DNA of 62,679 nucleotides, counting the filler. It is 7 parts of 7 records of this genome, joined end to end, with 100 filler letters (N's around TTAATTAATTAA, not from the genome) between each part and the next. Parts side by side here need not be neighbours in the genome. Positions count along the whole stretch, not along the records: positions 38,400 to 51,482 come from DRR723986_19108; positions 51,583 to 57,320 come from DRR723986_19122; positions 57,421 to 62,679 come from DRR723986_19162; 4 more parts are not named here. One strand, 5' to 3'. The notes beneath the pieces are model-generated. The model had not been told where the DNA came from. It saw only the letters and a list, made by a program, of their open reading frames with translations, and made no database searches. Positions 49,803 through 60,010 of this stretch are shown one piece after another. Each line of letters begins with the position of its first letter. Position 1 is the first letter of the stretch. The position numbers were made by a program, and so were the translations under genes.

Positions 49803-50890
49803 CGGGCCCCTCCCTCAGGCTGGCTCGCCAGCCAGCCGTCCTTGTAGAGACGCGTCTGGGATTGTTTGAAGTCGAGCATCACGTCGTCTCCGGCATTGGG
49901 CGCTTCGCCCTCCAGAATGGCGTTGATACGCATGTCATGAGCGATCGCCTCAACCACCTTGTGGCGGCCGATATCGGCAACCTTGCGGACCTTTGCCGCA
50001 ATGCCTGCACCGTCGGCAGACACCTTGACGAATTCCGGACGGACGCCGATCTCCGCCGTGCCGTCGCCGGCGGCAGTCACCGGGCCTTCCAGCGCGACCT
50101 TTTCACCGCGGAAGAACGCGGCGCCGTTCTGGACGTCGCAGGGTAGGACGTTCATTCCCGGAGAGCCGATGAAGTGACCGACGAAAGTGTGGGCCGGACG
50201 TTCGAACAACTCCACTGGCGTCCCGATCTGCACGACTTCACCGTCCTGCATCACCACCACCTGGTCGGCAAAGGTCAGCGCTTCGGTCTGGTCGTGCGTC
50301 ACGTAGATCATGGTCGCCTTGACCCGCTGATGAAGCTCTTTCAGCTTGGATCGCAGCTTCCATTTCAGATGCGGGTCGATCACCGTCAGAGGCTCGTCGA
50401 ACATGACGACGTTGACGTCCTCGCGGATGAGGCCGCGGCCCATGGAGATCTTCTGCTTGTTGTCCGGCGAAAGATTTGCCGCCCGGACCTTCAGCATGTC
50501 GCTGACTTCCAGCATTTCGGCAATCGCGGCGACCCGGCGCTTGACCGTGTCCTCGTCTCGCCCGCGGTTTCTGAGCGGAAAGGCCAGATTGTCGTAGACG
50601 GTCATCGTGTCGTAGATGACCGGAAACTGGAACACCTGCGCGATATTGCGCTTTGCCGGCGGCAGCGAGGTGACGTCCTGATCGTTGAACAGGATCTTGC
50701 CTTCAGAAGGCACCAGCAGGCCGGAAATGATGTTCAACAGCGTGGACTTGCCACAGCCCGACGGACCAAGCAGGGCATAGGCGCCGCCGTCATCCCACGT
50801 CAGGTCGATCTTCTTCAGGGCGTAATCCGCATCGCTCGCCGGATTGGGCTGGTAGCTGTGACGCAGATTGGAGAGTTTGATTTGTGCCAT
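49799..50890 (-). CDS. ABC ATP-binding protein (GlpT-like)
   Basis: GPSGCGKS, KQKISMGRG, DEPLTVIDPHLKW. Confidence 0.9.
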
Positions 50891-50902
50891 GATGTCCTCT
50901 CC

Positions 50903-51482
50903 TCAGGCGACCAGCTGGCCGTCAGGCGCAAAGAAGAAACAATGGCTCGGATCCAGGTAGAAAGTGTGGACCTCGCCGACGGAATAGGGATGAACACCGG
51001 GTGACAGAGAGACCCAGGCGTTGCCGTCCATGTCGAAATGGGCACTGCTTTCCGAACCGCTGAGCTCCGTCACCAGTACATGTCCGTCAAGCTTCACGGT
51101 ATGATGCGCACTTGCCACCGGCATCACGTGATTGGGCCGGATCGCAAGGGTGTAGGCGCCATCTTGAAGTCCCGACGCAGCACCTGTGGCCTGCCAGCTC
51201 GTGACCTCGTTCAGGATCACCAGGTCTCCGCGCTTGGTTACCGGGGCAACATTGATCGGCGGGTTGGAGAACACCTTCGCGGCGTCCAGATCCTTCGGCT
51301 TGCGATAGATGTCGGCGGTCGGGCCGAACTGCACCACGTTGCCGTCGGTCATGAGGGCCGTGTGCCCTCCCAGAAGAAGGGCCTCTTCAGGCTCGGACGT
51401 TGCGTAGACGACGACCGCGCCGCGGCCTGCAAAAAGTTCCGGAAGCTGGTCGCGCAGTTCCTCGCGCAGCTTGTAGTCGAGG
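50903..51482 (-). CDS. ABC ATP-binding protein (GlpS-like), 3' part
   Basis: Frame extends to contig end: LDYKLREELR...VYATSEPEEALLLGG; TOBE-like C-terminus. Confidence 0.85.
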
Positions 51483-51582
51483 NNNNNNNNNNNNNNNNNN
51501 NNNNNNNNNNNNNNNNNNNNNNNNNNTTAATTAATTAANNNNNNNNNNNNNNNNNNNNNNNNNNNNNNNNNNNNNNNNNNNN
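51483..51582. other. Artificial contig linker
   Basis: N-run with TTAATTAATTAA. Confidence 0.99.
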
Positions 51583-51890
51583 TTGGTGATGGTCATCAAG
51601 GGGCTTTCGCCCTTGTCGTGGTTCCAGATGGATTTGTAATTTGCGCCGCTGGTAAAGGGGCGCTTTGTAAGAATGATCAGCTGTAGCAGCGGCTGCCATT
51701 TCCACGCTGGATAATCGATCACGCGGCGATCCGATAGAAATTCGTTCAAATAGCGGCGCATTGACCAATAGTCGTAATTGTCGGGGGTTCCCAAGTTGGC
51801 CAGCAAAATGCCGATCTTCTCGCGCGCCACTTTGGGGTGGTCGGCGGGGGCGTGTTCGGGGCGTGTTGCGTATTGCGCAGCATCCAGCAT
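51583..51890 (-). CDS. hemH: Ferrochelatase, 5' part
   Basis: GILLANLGTP, YLNEFLSDRRVID, SPL. Confidence 0.92.
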
Positions 51891-51956
51891 TTTGGCCTCA
51901 CTTATTATTTCGTCCGGCTTCGGGATACTGGGGAGATAAGGGAAATTGTTTAAAGG

Positions 51957-52775
51957 TCAATCCGCTAGCGGCGTTTCATCTGTGCCCAGCGCATCGGCCA
52001 GCCGCTTTTGCGCCGATCCGGGGCGCAATGGTTGGGGTTGGCTGGCATCTGGGGCCCAAGCGGTAAGAAACAGCAGCTCGAATGTGGCGCCCACGCGGCC
52101 ATCGGGGGTGCCGGCCATTTGGGTGTATAGCTGCTCGGCCCTGTGCAGCACGGCGCGGCGGGTAGGGCGGCGCAGGCGGTGGGCCAGCGCGTTTGCCTCG
52201 CCCATCTGGCGCAGTTCCCGCATCAAGGCGCGGGGGCTGGCATAGCTGGCCTGCAACACCAGCGTATCGGCCACAGGCAGCGCCAGCCCGGCGCGTTGCA
52301 ACAAGCCACCCAGATCGCGGATTTCGGCCATCGGCGCCACGCGCGGGGCCATGCCCCCTGTCAGGCGGCTTTCTGCCTCGGCCCAGGCGGTGCGCAGCTG
52401 GGCCAGCGTTTGCCCGCCAAAGCATACCGCCAGAAACAGACCATCCGCGCGCAGCGCACGGCGGCATTGAATGATTTGGCCAACCGGGTCGTTTGCCCAA
52501 TGCAGGCCCATGGCGTGAATAACCAGATCGCATTGGCCCGGCTCTAACGCCAGGGTTTCCGCCTCGGGCACCAGCTGTGCCTGCGCAAAGGCAGTGCCCC
52601 ATGGGCCGGGAAACCCGGTGACAATCGCGATGTCCTGAAAGGTTCTGTTAACCATCGACAGGCGATCTTGCACCTCGTCGATGGCGGTGGCGTGCAAAAA
52701 CAGCGCAGGCGTTTGCGCGCGCCGGCGGTTGCGGGCCAGGGCGGCCATATCGGTGAGTCGGGGTGCGTTTGTCAT
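51957..52775 (-). CDS. SAM-dependent methyltransferase (BioC-like)
   Basis: LHWANDPVG, GLLQRAGLALPVAD, QPQPLRPGSA; usual position between hemH and comF. Confidence 0.85.
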   Translation of the reverse strand: MTNAPRLTDMAALARNRRRAQTPALFLHATAIDEVQDRLSMVNRTFQDIAIVTGFPGPWGTAFAQAQLVPEAETLALEPGQCDLVIHAMGLHWANDPVGQIIQCRRALRADGLFLAVCFGGQTLAQLRTAWAEAESRLTGGMAPRVAPMAEIRDLGGLLQRAGLALPVADTLVLQASYASPRALMRELRQMGEANALAHRLRRPTRRAVLHRAEQLYTQMAGTPDGRVGATFELLFLTAWAPDASQPQPLRPGSAQKRLADALGTDETPLAD

Positions 52776-52787
52776 GCGGGGCAAGAT

Positions 52788-53522
52788 ATGTGGCAATTCG
52801 GGGCAGTTCAAACTGTGTTGCGCGTGGTCTACCCGCCCACATGCCTGCTGTGCCGCGATATCGTGGATAGCGATCACGGGCTGTGTGGCCCTTGCTGGCG
52901 CGAAACGCATTTTATCGGCGGTTTGGTCTGCGATTCATGCGGCACCCCGCTGCCCGGCAGCGATACCGCCGAGATTGCCCATTGCGACGATTGTTTAACT
53001 ATTGCGCGCCCTTGGGCGCAGGGGCGCGCGGCGCTGCTGTATTCGGGCAATGGCCGAAAACTGGTGCTGGCGTTGAAAAATGGCGATCGCACCGATATTG
53101 CCACCCCCGCTGCGCGCTGGTTGGCGCGGGTGGCGCGGCCCCTGGTGCGGCCGTGCGCCGTGGTGGTGCCTGTGCCGCTGCATTGGTGGCGTTATTTTCA
53201 GCGGCGCTATAACCAGGCGGCGGTGCTGGCGCAGCCCATGGCGCGGCAGCTGGGGCTAGGCTATTGCCCCGATGCGCTGCGCCGCACCCGGGCCACCACC
53301 GTGCTCGAGGGGCAGGGCCGCGACCAGCGGTTTCAAACCTTGGCCGGGGCCATTGCCCCCAGCCGCCATGGCCCAAAGATGCTGGCGGGCAGGCCTGTGT
53401 TGCTGGTGGATGATGTGCTGACATCGGGTGCCACGCTGGCCGCCGCCACCGAGGCCTGTTTTGCCGCAGGTGCAACAGATGTTTGTGTGCTGGCGCTGGC
53501 ACGCGTTGCAAAGCGGCCCTAA
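52788..53522 (+). CDS. comF: ComF family protein (double Zn ribbon + phosphoribosyltransferase)
   Basis: Four CxxC, VPVPLH, RRYNQ, LLVDDVLTSGAT. Confidence 0.92.
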   Translation: MWQFGAVQTVLRVVYPPTCLLCRDIVDSDHGLCGPCWRETHFIGGLVCDSCGTPLPGSDTAEIAHCDDCLTIARPWAQGRAALLYSGNGRKLVLALKNGDRTDIATPAARWLARVARPLVRPCAVVVPVPLHWWRYFQRRYNQAAVLAQPMARQLGLGYCPDALRRTRATTVLEGQGRDQRFQTLAGAIAPSRHGPKMLAGRPVLLVDDVLTSGATLAAATEACFAAGATDVCVLALARVAKRP

Positions 53523-53560
53523 ATCCCTGTAAGTATGCATAATCATTTGCGGGATCCATC

Positions 53561-53818
53561 ATGCAACCTGTCGAAATATACACTTCTCCCCTGTGCGGTT
53601 TTTGCCATGCTGCCAAGCGGCTGCTGTCGCAAAAAGGCGTGGCTTTTTCCGAGATCGATATCTGGGCTGACCCCTCGAAAAAGCCCGAGATGATGCAGCG
53701 CGCCCAGGGCCGCCACACCGTGCCGCAGATCTTTATCGGCACCACGCATGTGGGCGGGTGCGATGATTTGTACGCGCTCGAGCGCGAGGGCAAGCTTGAC
53801 CCGCTGTTGGCCGGTTAA
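53561..53818 (+). CDS. grxC: Glutaredoxin 3
   Basis: CGFC, TVPQIFI, GGCDDL. Confidence 0.95.
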   Translation: MQPVEIYTSPLCGFCHAAKRLLSQKGVAFSEIDIWADPSKKPEMMQRAQGRHTVPQIFIGTTHVGGCDDLYALEREGKLDPLLAG

Positions 53819-54661
53819 ATGCTGCGCGTTGGGCTGATACAGCTGTGTTCGGGGCGCGACCCGCAGGCCAACCTGCAGGCCACCGAAACGCTGGTGCGCC
53901 AAGCTGCGGCCGATGGCGCGCGCTTTGTGCTGACGCCCGAGGTGACAAATTGCATCACCAGCGACCGCGCGCATCAGGCGGCTGTGCTACAGCCCCAAGA
54001 CAGCGATCCAACATTGGCGCGCTTGCGCGATCTGGCCGCGGAATTGGGCATTTGGGTGCTGATCGGGTCTTTGGGTATTAAAACCGCCGATGCCGATGGC
54101 CGCTATGCCAACCGCAGTTTCATGATTGGCCCCGATGGCGTGCTGCGCGCGCAATATGACAAGATTCATATGTTCGATGTGCAGGTCAGCGCCAACGAAA
54201 CCTATCGTGAAAGCGCCAGCTACCGGCCCGGCCACAGCGCTGTGGTGTGCCAGACCGATTTTGCCGCTGTCGGCATGACCATCTGCTACGATCTGCGCTT
54301 TGCCTATTTGCACCGCGCCCTGGCGCAGGCAGGGGCGCAGATATTAACCGTGCCCGCCGCGTTTTCCCCTGTAACAGGGGCTGCGCATTGGCAGGTTTTG
54401 CTGCAGGCGCGTGCCATTGAAACTGGCTGTTTTGTGCTGGCACCGGCGCAAACCGGGCTAAACGATACCCATAATGGCGCCCAGCGCCGCACCTATGGGC
54501 ATTCGATGGTTGTTGCCCCTTGGGGTGAGGTGTTGCTAGACGCAGGCACAGCGCCCGGCGCTTATTGCCTAGATCTGGATCTGGCGCAGGTAGATCAGGC
54601 GCGCGCGCGGGTGCCCGCGCTGGGCCATGACCGCAGCTTTGATGGGCCAGCCCATGTCTGA
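53819..54661 (+). CDS. Carbon-nitrogen hydrolase (Nit1-like)
   Basis: LTPE, YDKIHMFD, ICYDLRF catalytic triad. Confidence 0.93.
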   Translation: MLRVGLIQLCSGRDPQANLQATETLVRQAAADGARFVLTPEVTNCITSDRAHQAAVLQPQDSDPTLARLRDLAAELGIWVLIGSLGIKTADADGRYANRSFMIGPDGVLRAQYDKIHMFDVQVSANETYRESASYRPGHSAVVCQTDFAAVGMTICYDLRFAYLHRALAQAGAQILTVPAAFSPVTGAAHWQVLLQARAIETGCFVLAPAQTGLNDTHNGAQRRTYGHSMVVAPWGEVLLDAGTAPGAYCLDLDLAQVDQARARVPALGHDRSFDGPAHV

Positions 54662-55097
54662 CGGGGCAAACGCGCTGGCCATTGCGCTATTCAGCGAGAT
54701 TTTAACCGCCGATCAGCTGGTGCGTAACCGCCTGACGCGCGTCTTGCCCAAGGGCATGGAAATTTCGCATTTCTCTGTGCTTAACCACCTTGCCCGCGTG
54801 GGGGACGAGCGCACGCCGGCGCAGCTGGCAAAATCGTTTCATGTGACCCGTGGCGCCATGACCAACACGCTGAACAAGCTGGAATGGGCAGGCTATATTC
54901 ACATTCGCCCCGATTGGGATGATGCCCGGCGCAAATTGGTGGCCATCAGCCCGGCGGGGCGGCGCGCGCGCGATGCCGCCCTTGATGGTATCTCGCCCAT
55001 GATTGGCGATTTGGCCGCCGAACTGGGCGAGGACAAAGTGCGCGCGGTGCTGCCGATTTTGCGCGAGTTGCGCCTGAAACTGGAAATCGACAGTTAA
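54654..55097 (+). CDS. MarR family regulator
   Basis: TPAQLA..VTRGAMTNTL..DDARRKLV. Confidence 0.9.
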   Translation: MSDGANALAIALFSEILTADQLVRNRLTRVLPKGMEISHFSVLNHLARVGDERTPAQLAKSFHVTRGAMTNTLNKLEWAGYIHIRPDWDDARRKLVAISPAGRRARDAALDGISPMIGDLAAELGEDKVRAVLPILRELRLKLEIDS

Positions 55098-55420
55098 TCT
55101 GGCGCGCCCAGCAGCACATCGCGCAAGGCTGGCGCCATATTCGAGGGCTGAAAGCTGCTGATCGTCAGCTGCACCACATTTTCGGTGATAAACGGGTCTT
55201 GGGCCAGCAGCGCCTGCAATGTTTCCAAATCGGGCGCCTGTGCCAGAACGATGCCGCCGGTGCGCGGCTCTTTCGGGCCTGACAGCAGAAAATGCCCCTG
55301 CTGATAGGCCTGCGCCACAAACGCCATATGGGGGGCTAGCAGCGGCTCGATCTGCTCAAAGGGCACAGTATAGTCCAGATCGATCACGAACAGGCGGTTT
55401 TCTGCGGCAATCACGCTCAT
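55094..55420 (-). CDS. YciI family protein
   Basis: PH..F..SGP..PRTGG..DPF. Confidence 0.85.
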   Translation of the reverse strand: MSVIAAENRLFVIDLDYTVPFEQIEPLLAPHMAFVAQAYQQGHFLLSGPKEPRTGGIVLAQAPDLETLQALLAQDPFITENVVQLTISSFQPSNMAPALRDVLLGAPD

Positions 55421-56184
55421 GCGGTGGGGGCCTCTTTGATGCTGGCTGTAACGTAATTGACCGAAAGATCACGATCAGACAGGGCCCATTGCCATGTGAT
55501 GGGGTTGAAAACAAAACCCTTGCGGTCAACCGGGGCCAGCCCGGCATTGCGGATCAGGTCGAACAATTCATCGGGGGTGATGAATTTGTTCCACTCATGT
55601 GTGCCTTTGGGCAGCCAGCGCATCACATATTCTGCACCGATAATGGCCATGGCAAAGCTTTTTGCATTGCGGTTGATGGTCGAGCACACCATCAACCCGC
55701 CGGGTTTTAGCAGCTGTTGGCAGGCGGTCAGGTAGGCCAGCGGGTCGGCCACATGTTCGACCACCTCCATGTTCAAGACCACGTCAAATTGCTCGCCCGC
55801 GGCGGCCATCGCCTCGGCTGTGGTGTGGCGATAGTCAATCTCTAGCCCTGATTGCTGGGCATGAACGCGGGCCACTGGAATGTTACGCTCGGCCGCATCG
55901 GCGCCCACCACCGTGGCGCCCAGCCGCGCCATGGGTTCGGCCAACAGCCCGCCGCCGCAGCCGATATCTAGCAGGCGCAACCCTTGAAAAGGCAGATCTT
56001 GCTGCAGGTCGCGGTTAAATTCTGCGGCGATTTGGCGGGTGATATAGGACAGCCTGCAGGGGTTTAGCATGTGCAGCGGCTTGAATTTGCCCTTGGGATC
56101 CCACCACTCGGCGGCCATGGCCTCGAATTTTGCAACTTCGGCGGGGTCTACCGTTGATTGGGCAGTTTGCATTTTGCGCTCCAT
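55417..56184 (-). CDS. ubiG: Ubiquinone biosynthesis O-methyltransferase
   Basis: [32 protein letters not shown]. Confidence 0.95.
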   Translation of the reverse strand: MERKMQTAQSTVDPAEVAKFEAMAAEWWDPKGKFKPLHMLNPCRLSYITRQIAAEFNRDLQQDLPFQGLRLLDIGCGGGLLAEPMARLGATVVGADAAERNIPVARVHAQQSGLEIDYRHTTAEAMAAAGEQFDVVLNMEVVEHVADPLAYLTACQQLLKPGGLMVCSTINRNAKSFAMAIIGAEYVMRWLPKGTHEWNKFITPDELFDLIRNAGLAPVDRKGFVFNPITWQWALSDRDLSVNYVTASIKEAPTA

Positions 56185-56221
56185 GTGGTTCTTTGTTCAC
56201 CAAACCCTATATAGGCCGATC

Positions 56222-57202
56222 ATGGATAAATACGCAGGTCAAAATAACGCGGCACGCCATCTTTACCCGGCACGCGACCCGTTCGACCAACGGATGCTGT
56301 CGGTTGGGGGCGGGCATGTCATCTATCTCGAGCAATCGGGCAACCCTGATGGCATCCCTGTGGTGGTGCTGCATGGCGGCCCCGGTGGCGGGTGCAGCCC
56401 CGTTATGCGGCGGTTTTTTGACCCGCAAAAATACCGTGTGGTGTTGTTTGACCAGCGCGGCTGCGGCCGGTCGCGCCCCTATGCCAGCGTCAACAATAAC
56501 ACCACCTGGGATCTGGTGGCCGATATCGAGCTGATCCGCACCGAGCTGGGCATCGAACGCTGGAAGGTGTTTGGCGGCAGCTGGGGCGCGACATTGGCGC
56601 TGGTTTACGCCCAAGCCCACCCCGCGGCGGTGCGCAGCCTTATTCTGCGCGGTGTGTTTTTGGCCACCCAATCCGAATTGCAGTGGTTTTACGGCGGCGG
56701 TGCGGGCCGGTTTTGGCCAGATGTCTGGCAGCGTTTTGTCGAGGTGATTCCCGAAGACGAGCGCCACGACCTGATTGCCGCCTATCACAAGCGGTTGTTT
56801 AGCGGCCATATGCCCACAGAAATGGCCTATGGCAAAACCTGGTCAGCTTGGGAAAACGCGCTGGCCTCGATGGCCAATAACGGCCATGCGGGCGATGCGC
56901 CGGGCGATTATGCGCGCGCCTTTGCGCGGCTGGAAAACCACTATTTCATGAATGCGGCCTTTTTGGAAACCGATGGGCAGATTCTGCGGGATATGCATAA
57001 AATTGCCCATATTCCGGGCGAAATTGTGCAAGGGCGCTACGATATGATCTGCCCGCCGCAATCGGCCTGGGATCTGGCCCAAGCCTGGCCCAACGCGCGG
57101 CTGCATATGGTGCGCAATGCAGGCCATGCCCTGTCGGAACCGGCCATCAGCGGCGAATTGGTGCGCATCATGGATCGTATGGCAGAACAAGACGAGCTGT
57201 GA
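56222..57202 (+). CDS. pip: Proline iminopeptidase
   Basis: HGGPGG, FDQRGCGRS, GGSWG, QGRYD, AGH. Confidence 0.95.
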   Translation: MDKYAGQNNAARHLYPARDPFDQRMLSVGGGHVIYLEQSGNPDGIPVVVLHGGPGGGCSPVMRRFFDPQKYRVVLFDQRGCGRSRPYASVNNNTTWDLVADIELIRTELGIERWKVFGGSWGATLALVYAQAHPAAVRSLILRGVFLATQSELQWFYGGGAGRFWPDVWQRFVEVIPEDERHDLIAAYHKRLFSGHMPTEMAYGKTWSAWENALASMANNGHAGDAPGDYARAFARLENHYFMNAAFLETDGQILRDMHKIAHIPGEIVQGRYDMICPPQSAWDLAQAWPNARLHMVRNAGHALSEPAISGELVRIMDRMAEQDEL

Positions 57203-57244
57203 TGCCCCTTGCAGTTTGATGCCCAAGCGCGTATAGCGTGCCCA

Positions 57245-57314
57245 ACAGCGGCGCATCGGGGTCCACACCTGGTGCCCACCGGGAAATAACGACGGGCCGC
57301 GCGCCCGTTTTTTT
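57245..57314 (+). ncRNA. Probable rimP-leader-type attenuator
   Basis: Promoter-like TTGCAG-N17-TATAGC (57209-57237), short leader, then ACGGGC-cgcgc-GCCCGT-T6 with the GGGC/GCCC stem; downstream gene lost at contig end. Confidence 0.5.
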
Positions 57315-57320
57315 GTGCTT

Positions 57321-57420
57321 NNNNNNNNNNNNNNNNNNNNNNNNNNNNNNNNNNNNNNNNNNNNTTAATTAATTAANNNNNNNNNNNNNNNNNNNNNNNN
57401 NNNNNNNNNNNNNNNNNNNN
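57321..57420. other. Artificial contig linker
   Basis: N-run with TTAATTAATTAA. Confidence 0.99.
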
Positions 57421-57553
57421 TTGGTCTCAGGCTTTTTGATTTTTTTGTTTTTCACTGATGCATCAGCCTCAGGCATTTCCGTCAAACAGTTGACGCATTT
57501 GACACCATCCCGTCATTTACCACTTGCGCCGCAGTGACAAACAAAAAGAAAAA

Positions 57554-57857
57554 GTAAGCCACCGAATCTGTTGAGGGGGCGCAGCGCTCAAGCCGCATTT
57601 CAGTCGTTTTGCCACGCCGAACGAGACAACTGGCAGGGCACTTTAACACGATTTAGCGGACGTTTATGCGCGATTGCAGGCCGGTGGGCTTATTCCGCTT
57701 GTAAGAATTTTGCGCCTGAGTCAAATTACATGTGTCGAATCCTCCGGAAGGTTCGGCTGCGCCACAACTGGGAGTTCATCGTTTTGACCGCTGGTCAACC
57801 ATACAACCGAACTCCCCAGAACATCCGCGAAAACGCGGGGTAGGAAGGGACTACCCT
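57554..57857. ncRNA. Candidate structured non-coding element downstream of rtcB
   Basis: Series of nested and adjacent stems seen by eye; no credible ORF. Confidence 0.35.
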
Positions 57858-58164
57858 GGCGTGAAAAATTCCGGGAAAAATGGAAGGTGGCGGCGGGGGC
57901 GGGGGAATTCCCTTATTATAGGCCCGCAGTCCGTCCAGCCGCTTCAGGTCACGAAAGCTTCAATTTTTGGGCGGCAATAATCGATCCCAAACCTCAAATA
58001 ATCCGCTCCAATCCTCAAAACCCCCAAGCTCAATCCTGCCGCCAGGCCACCAAAGCAAAAACGGCAGCACCCGTCTGAGTACTGCCGCCAAGTCAATCAT
58101 CCCAAAGTCCGGAGCAAAATCCGGCGACTCAAACGCAGAATAGAACATCCGATGCTGGACGCAC

Positions 58165-59613
58165 TCAACCCTTGATCACAGCCAGCGGACGCACCCGCGC
58201 TACCTTGCGCGCAATTCCGGCGTCGTGCACCACATCCACAACACTTTCCACATCCTTGTAAGCCGTCGGCGCTTCCTCCGCCACTCCGCGTTTGGAACCC
58301 GCCTGCACTACAATTCCCTGCTTGCGCAGCGAATGCAACAAGTCCGCAGCGTGAATCTCGCGACGCGCTTTGCTGCGCGACATACGCCGCCCCGCGCCAT
58401 GACAGCTGGAACCAAAACTGCACTGCATACTCAGCTCCGTGCCCGCCAAGACATACGACGACGTGCCCATGCTTCCCGGAATCAAAACCGGCTGCCCCAC
58501 GTGGCGATATTCCTGCACAACCTCCGGATGCCCCGGTCCAAACGAACGCGTCGCCCCTTTGCGATGCACAATCACTTTCTTGAGTTTACCGCCCACCATG
58601 TGCTCCTCGATCTTGGCAATATTGTGCGCTACGTCATACAACACGTCAATGCGGCCAACGCGGCTGGCGCCCAGAACTTCATCAAACGCTTCGCGCACGC
58701 GGCAGGTAATCAGCTGACGATTGGCCCAGGCATAATTCGCTGCGGCCGCCATAGCTGCAAAATAGTCGCGCCCCTCAGTAGATGAGTACGGCGCGCAGGC
58801 CAGCTCGCGATCAGGCAGCGCGATATCGTATTTGGGCATCGCGCCAATCATTGTACGGATATAATCGGTTGCCACCTGGTGCCCCAGGCCGCGCGAGCCG
58901 GTGTGAATCAAAACCACAATCCGGTCTTTTTCGAGCCCAAAAGTCGCCGCCGTTTCCTCGTCAAAAATTGCATCCACGCGGTCCAGCTCCACAAAGTGGT
59001 TGCCCGAACCCATCGTGCCCAGCTGCGAAAGCCCGCGCCGGCGCGCATCGTCGGACACCTTGGTGGCATCCGCCAGGTCCAACCGGCCCTCAGACTCCGT
59101 AAAGTGAGTATCGCGGCTGGTGCCGTAGCCCTGCGAGACCATGTACTGCGCACCGTGTTTGAGCACCTGGTCCATTTCGGCGGCAGAGAGTTTGAGCAAT
59201 CCACCGCGGCCAACGCCCGACGGCACACGCCGAAATAACTCCTCGGCCAAAGCCTGAAAGCGGTTTTTGAGCTGCTTGAACGTAAATTCGGTGGTCAACA
59301 TGCGCACGCCGCAGTTGATGTCATAACCAATTCCGCCTGGCGAAATCACGCCGTTCGGGAATTCCGTAGCCGCAATCCCGCCAATCGGAAAACCATAACC
59401 CTCATGCACATCCGGCATGACCAGCGCCGCTTCCTGAATACCTGGCAGCGCCGCGACATTTACCAGTTGCTCCAACGAGCGGTCTGATCCAATTGACTTT
59501 AACATTGACTCTGCGGCGAACAAACGCGCCGGAACACGCATTGTATCCGCATGCGTCGCTGGAATTTCCCAGCACATATTTCCATGTGCTTTGAGTGAAT
59601 CTCTGGCTGCCAT
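58165..59613 (-). CDS. rtcB: RtcB RNA ligase (archaeal/eukaryote-like, archease-associated type)
   Basis: MPDVHEGYGFPIGG, GYDINCG, GSGNHF, HTGSRG, HNIAK, HRKGAT, SCHGAG, EEAPTAYKDV. Confidence 0.96.
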   Translation of the reverse strand: MAARDSLKAHGNMCWEIPATHADTMRVPARLFAAESMLKSIGSDRSLEQLVNVAALPGIQEAALVMPDVHEGYGFPIGGIAATEFPNGVISPGGIGYDINCGVRMLTTEFTFKQLKNRFQALAEELFRRVPSGVGRGGLLKLSAAEMDQVLKHGAQYMVSQGYGTSRDTHFTESEGRLDLADATKVSDDARRRGLSQLGTMGSGNHFVELDRVDAIFDEETAATFGLEKDRIVVLIHTGSRGLGHQVATDYIRTMIGAMPKYDIALPDRELACAPYSSTEGRDYFAAMAAAANYAWANRQLITCRVREAFDEVLGASRVGRIDVLYDVAHNIAKIEEHMVGGKLKKVIVHRKGATRSFGPGHPEVVQEYRHVGQPVLIPGSMGTSSYVLAGTELSMQCSFGSSCHGAGRRMSRSKARREIHAADLLHSLRKQGIVVQAGSKRGVAEEAPTAYKDVESVVDVVHDAGIARKVARVRPLAVIKG

Positions 59614-59806
59614 AATTCTAATCTCCGGCTCATTCCTTGAGCCACAAAACGCCCGCACCTGAATCATCGCGGGTCTACCAAAATCAGTCTATATGATTAT
59701 TCGCTAAACAAGCGCGTTTATCAGGCTACGCGCCTACACTGCAATCTACATTTTACATGCCTGCCAAGGCCTTAAGATTTAAGCCATTTGCCCGTAGAAA
59801 CGCTTT

Positions 59807-60010
59807 AAAATAAAAAGCCTTCGATCACACATGCCCCCCAGCAATCGCGTGATCGAAGACTATTCAGCATCCCAAGACATCTGAAACACCTTTGACAATT
59901 GGACCGGCGGCGCTGCCGCAAGCGGCGTAGACACCGACAATTGCGTCTGAGTTGTTCAGGAGCCCAGCCGGTTTAGTGGCTGATTTCCCGCGTGTTTCCT
60001 CAACTCTCAG
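59807..60010 (-). ncRNA. Candidate ~200-nt small RNA between archease and rtcB
   Basis: Two long hairpins plus a terminator hairpin with U-tract; G-U wobbles favour the minus strand; TACATTTG promoter-like motif at 60020-60013. Confidence 0.55.

Noticed and set aside
57421-57476. Possible gene start on minus strand (MPEADASVKNKKIKKPET...)
   Set aside because: Only 18 codons before the contig end; too short to call.
59807-60010. Identification of the archease-rtcB RNA as 6S RNA, Y RNA or tRNA
   Set aside because: It folds as tandem hairpins rather than one 5'-3' rod, has no GUUCRA T-loop, and no Ro60 gene is present; a covariance search is still needed.
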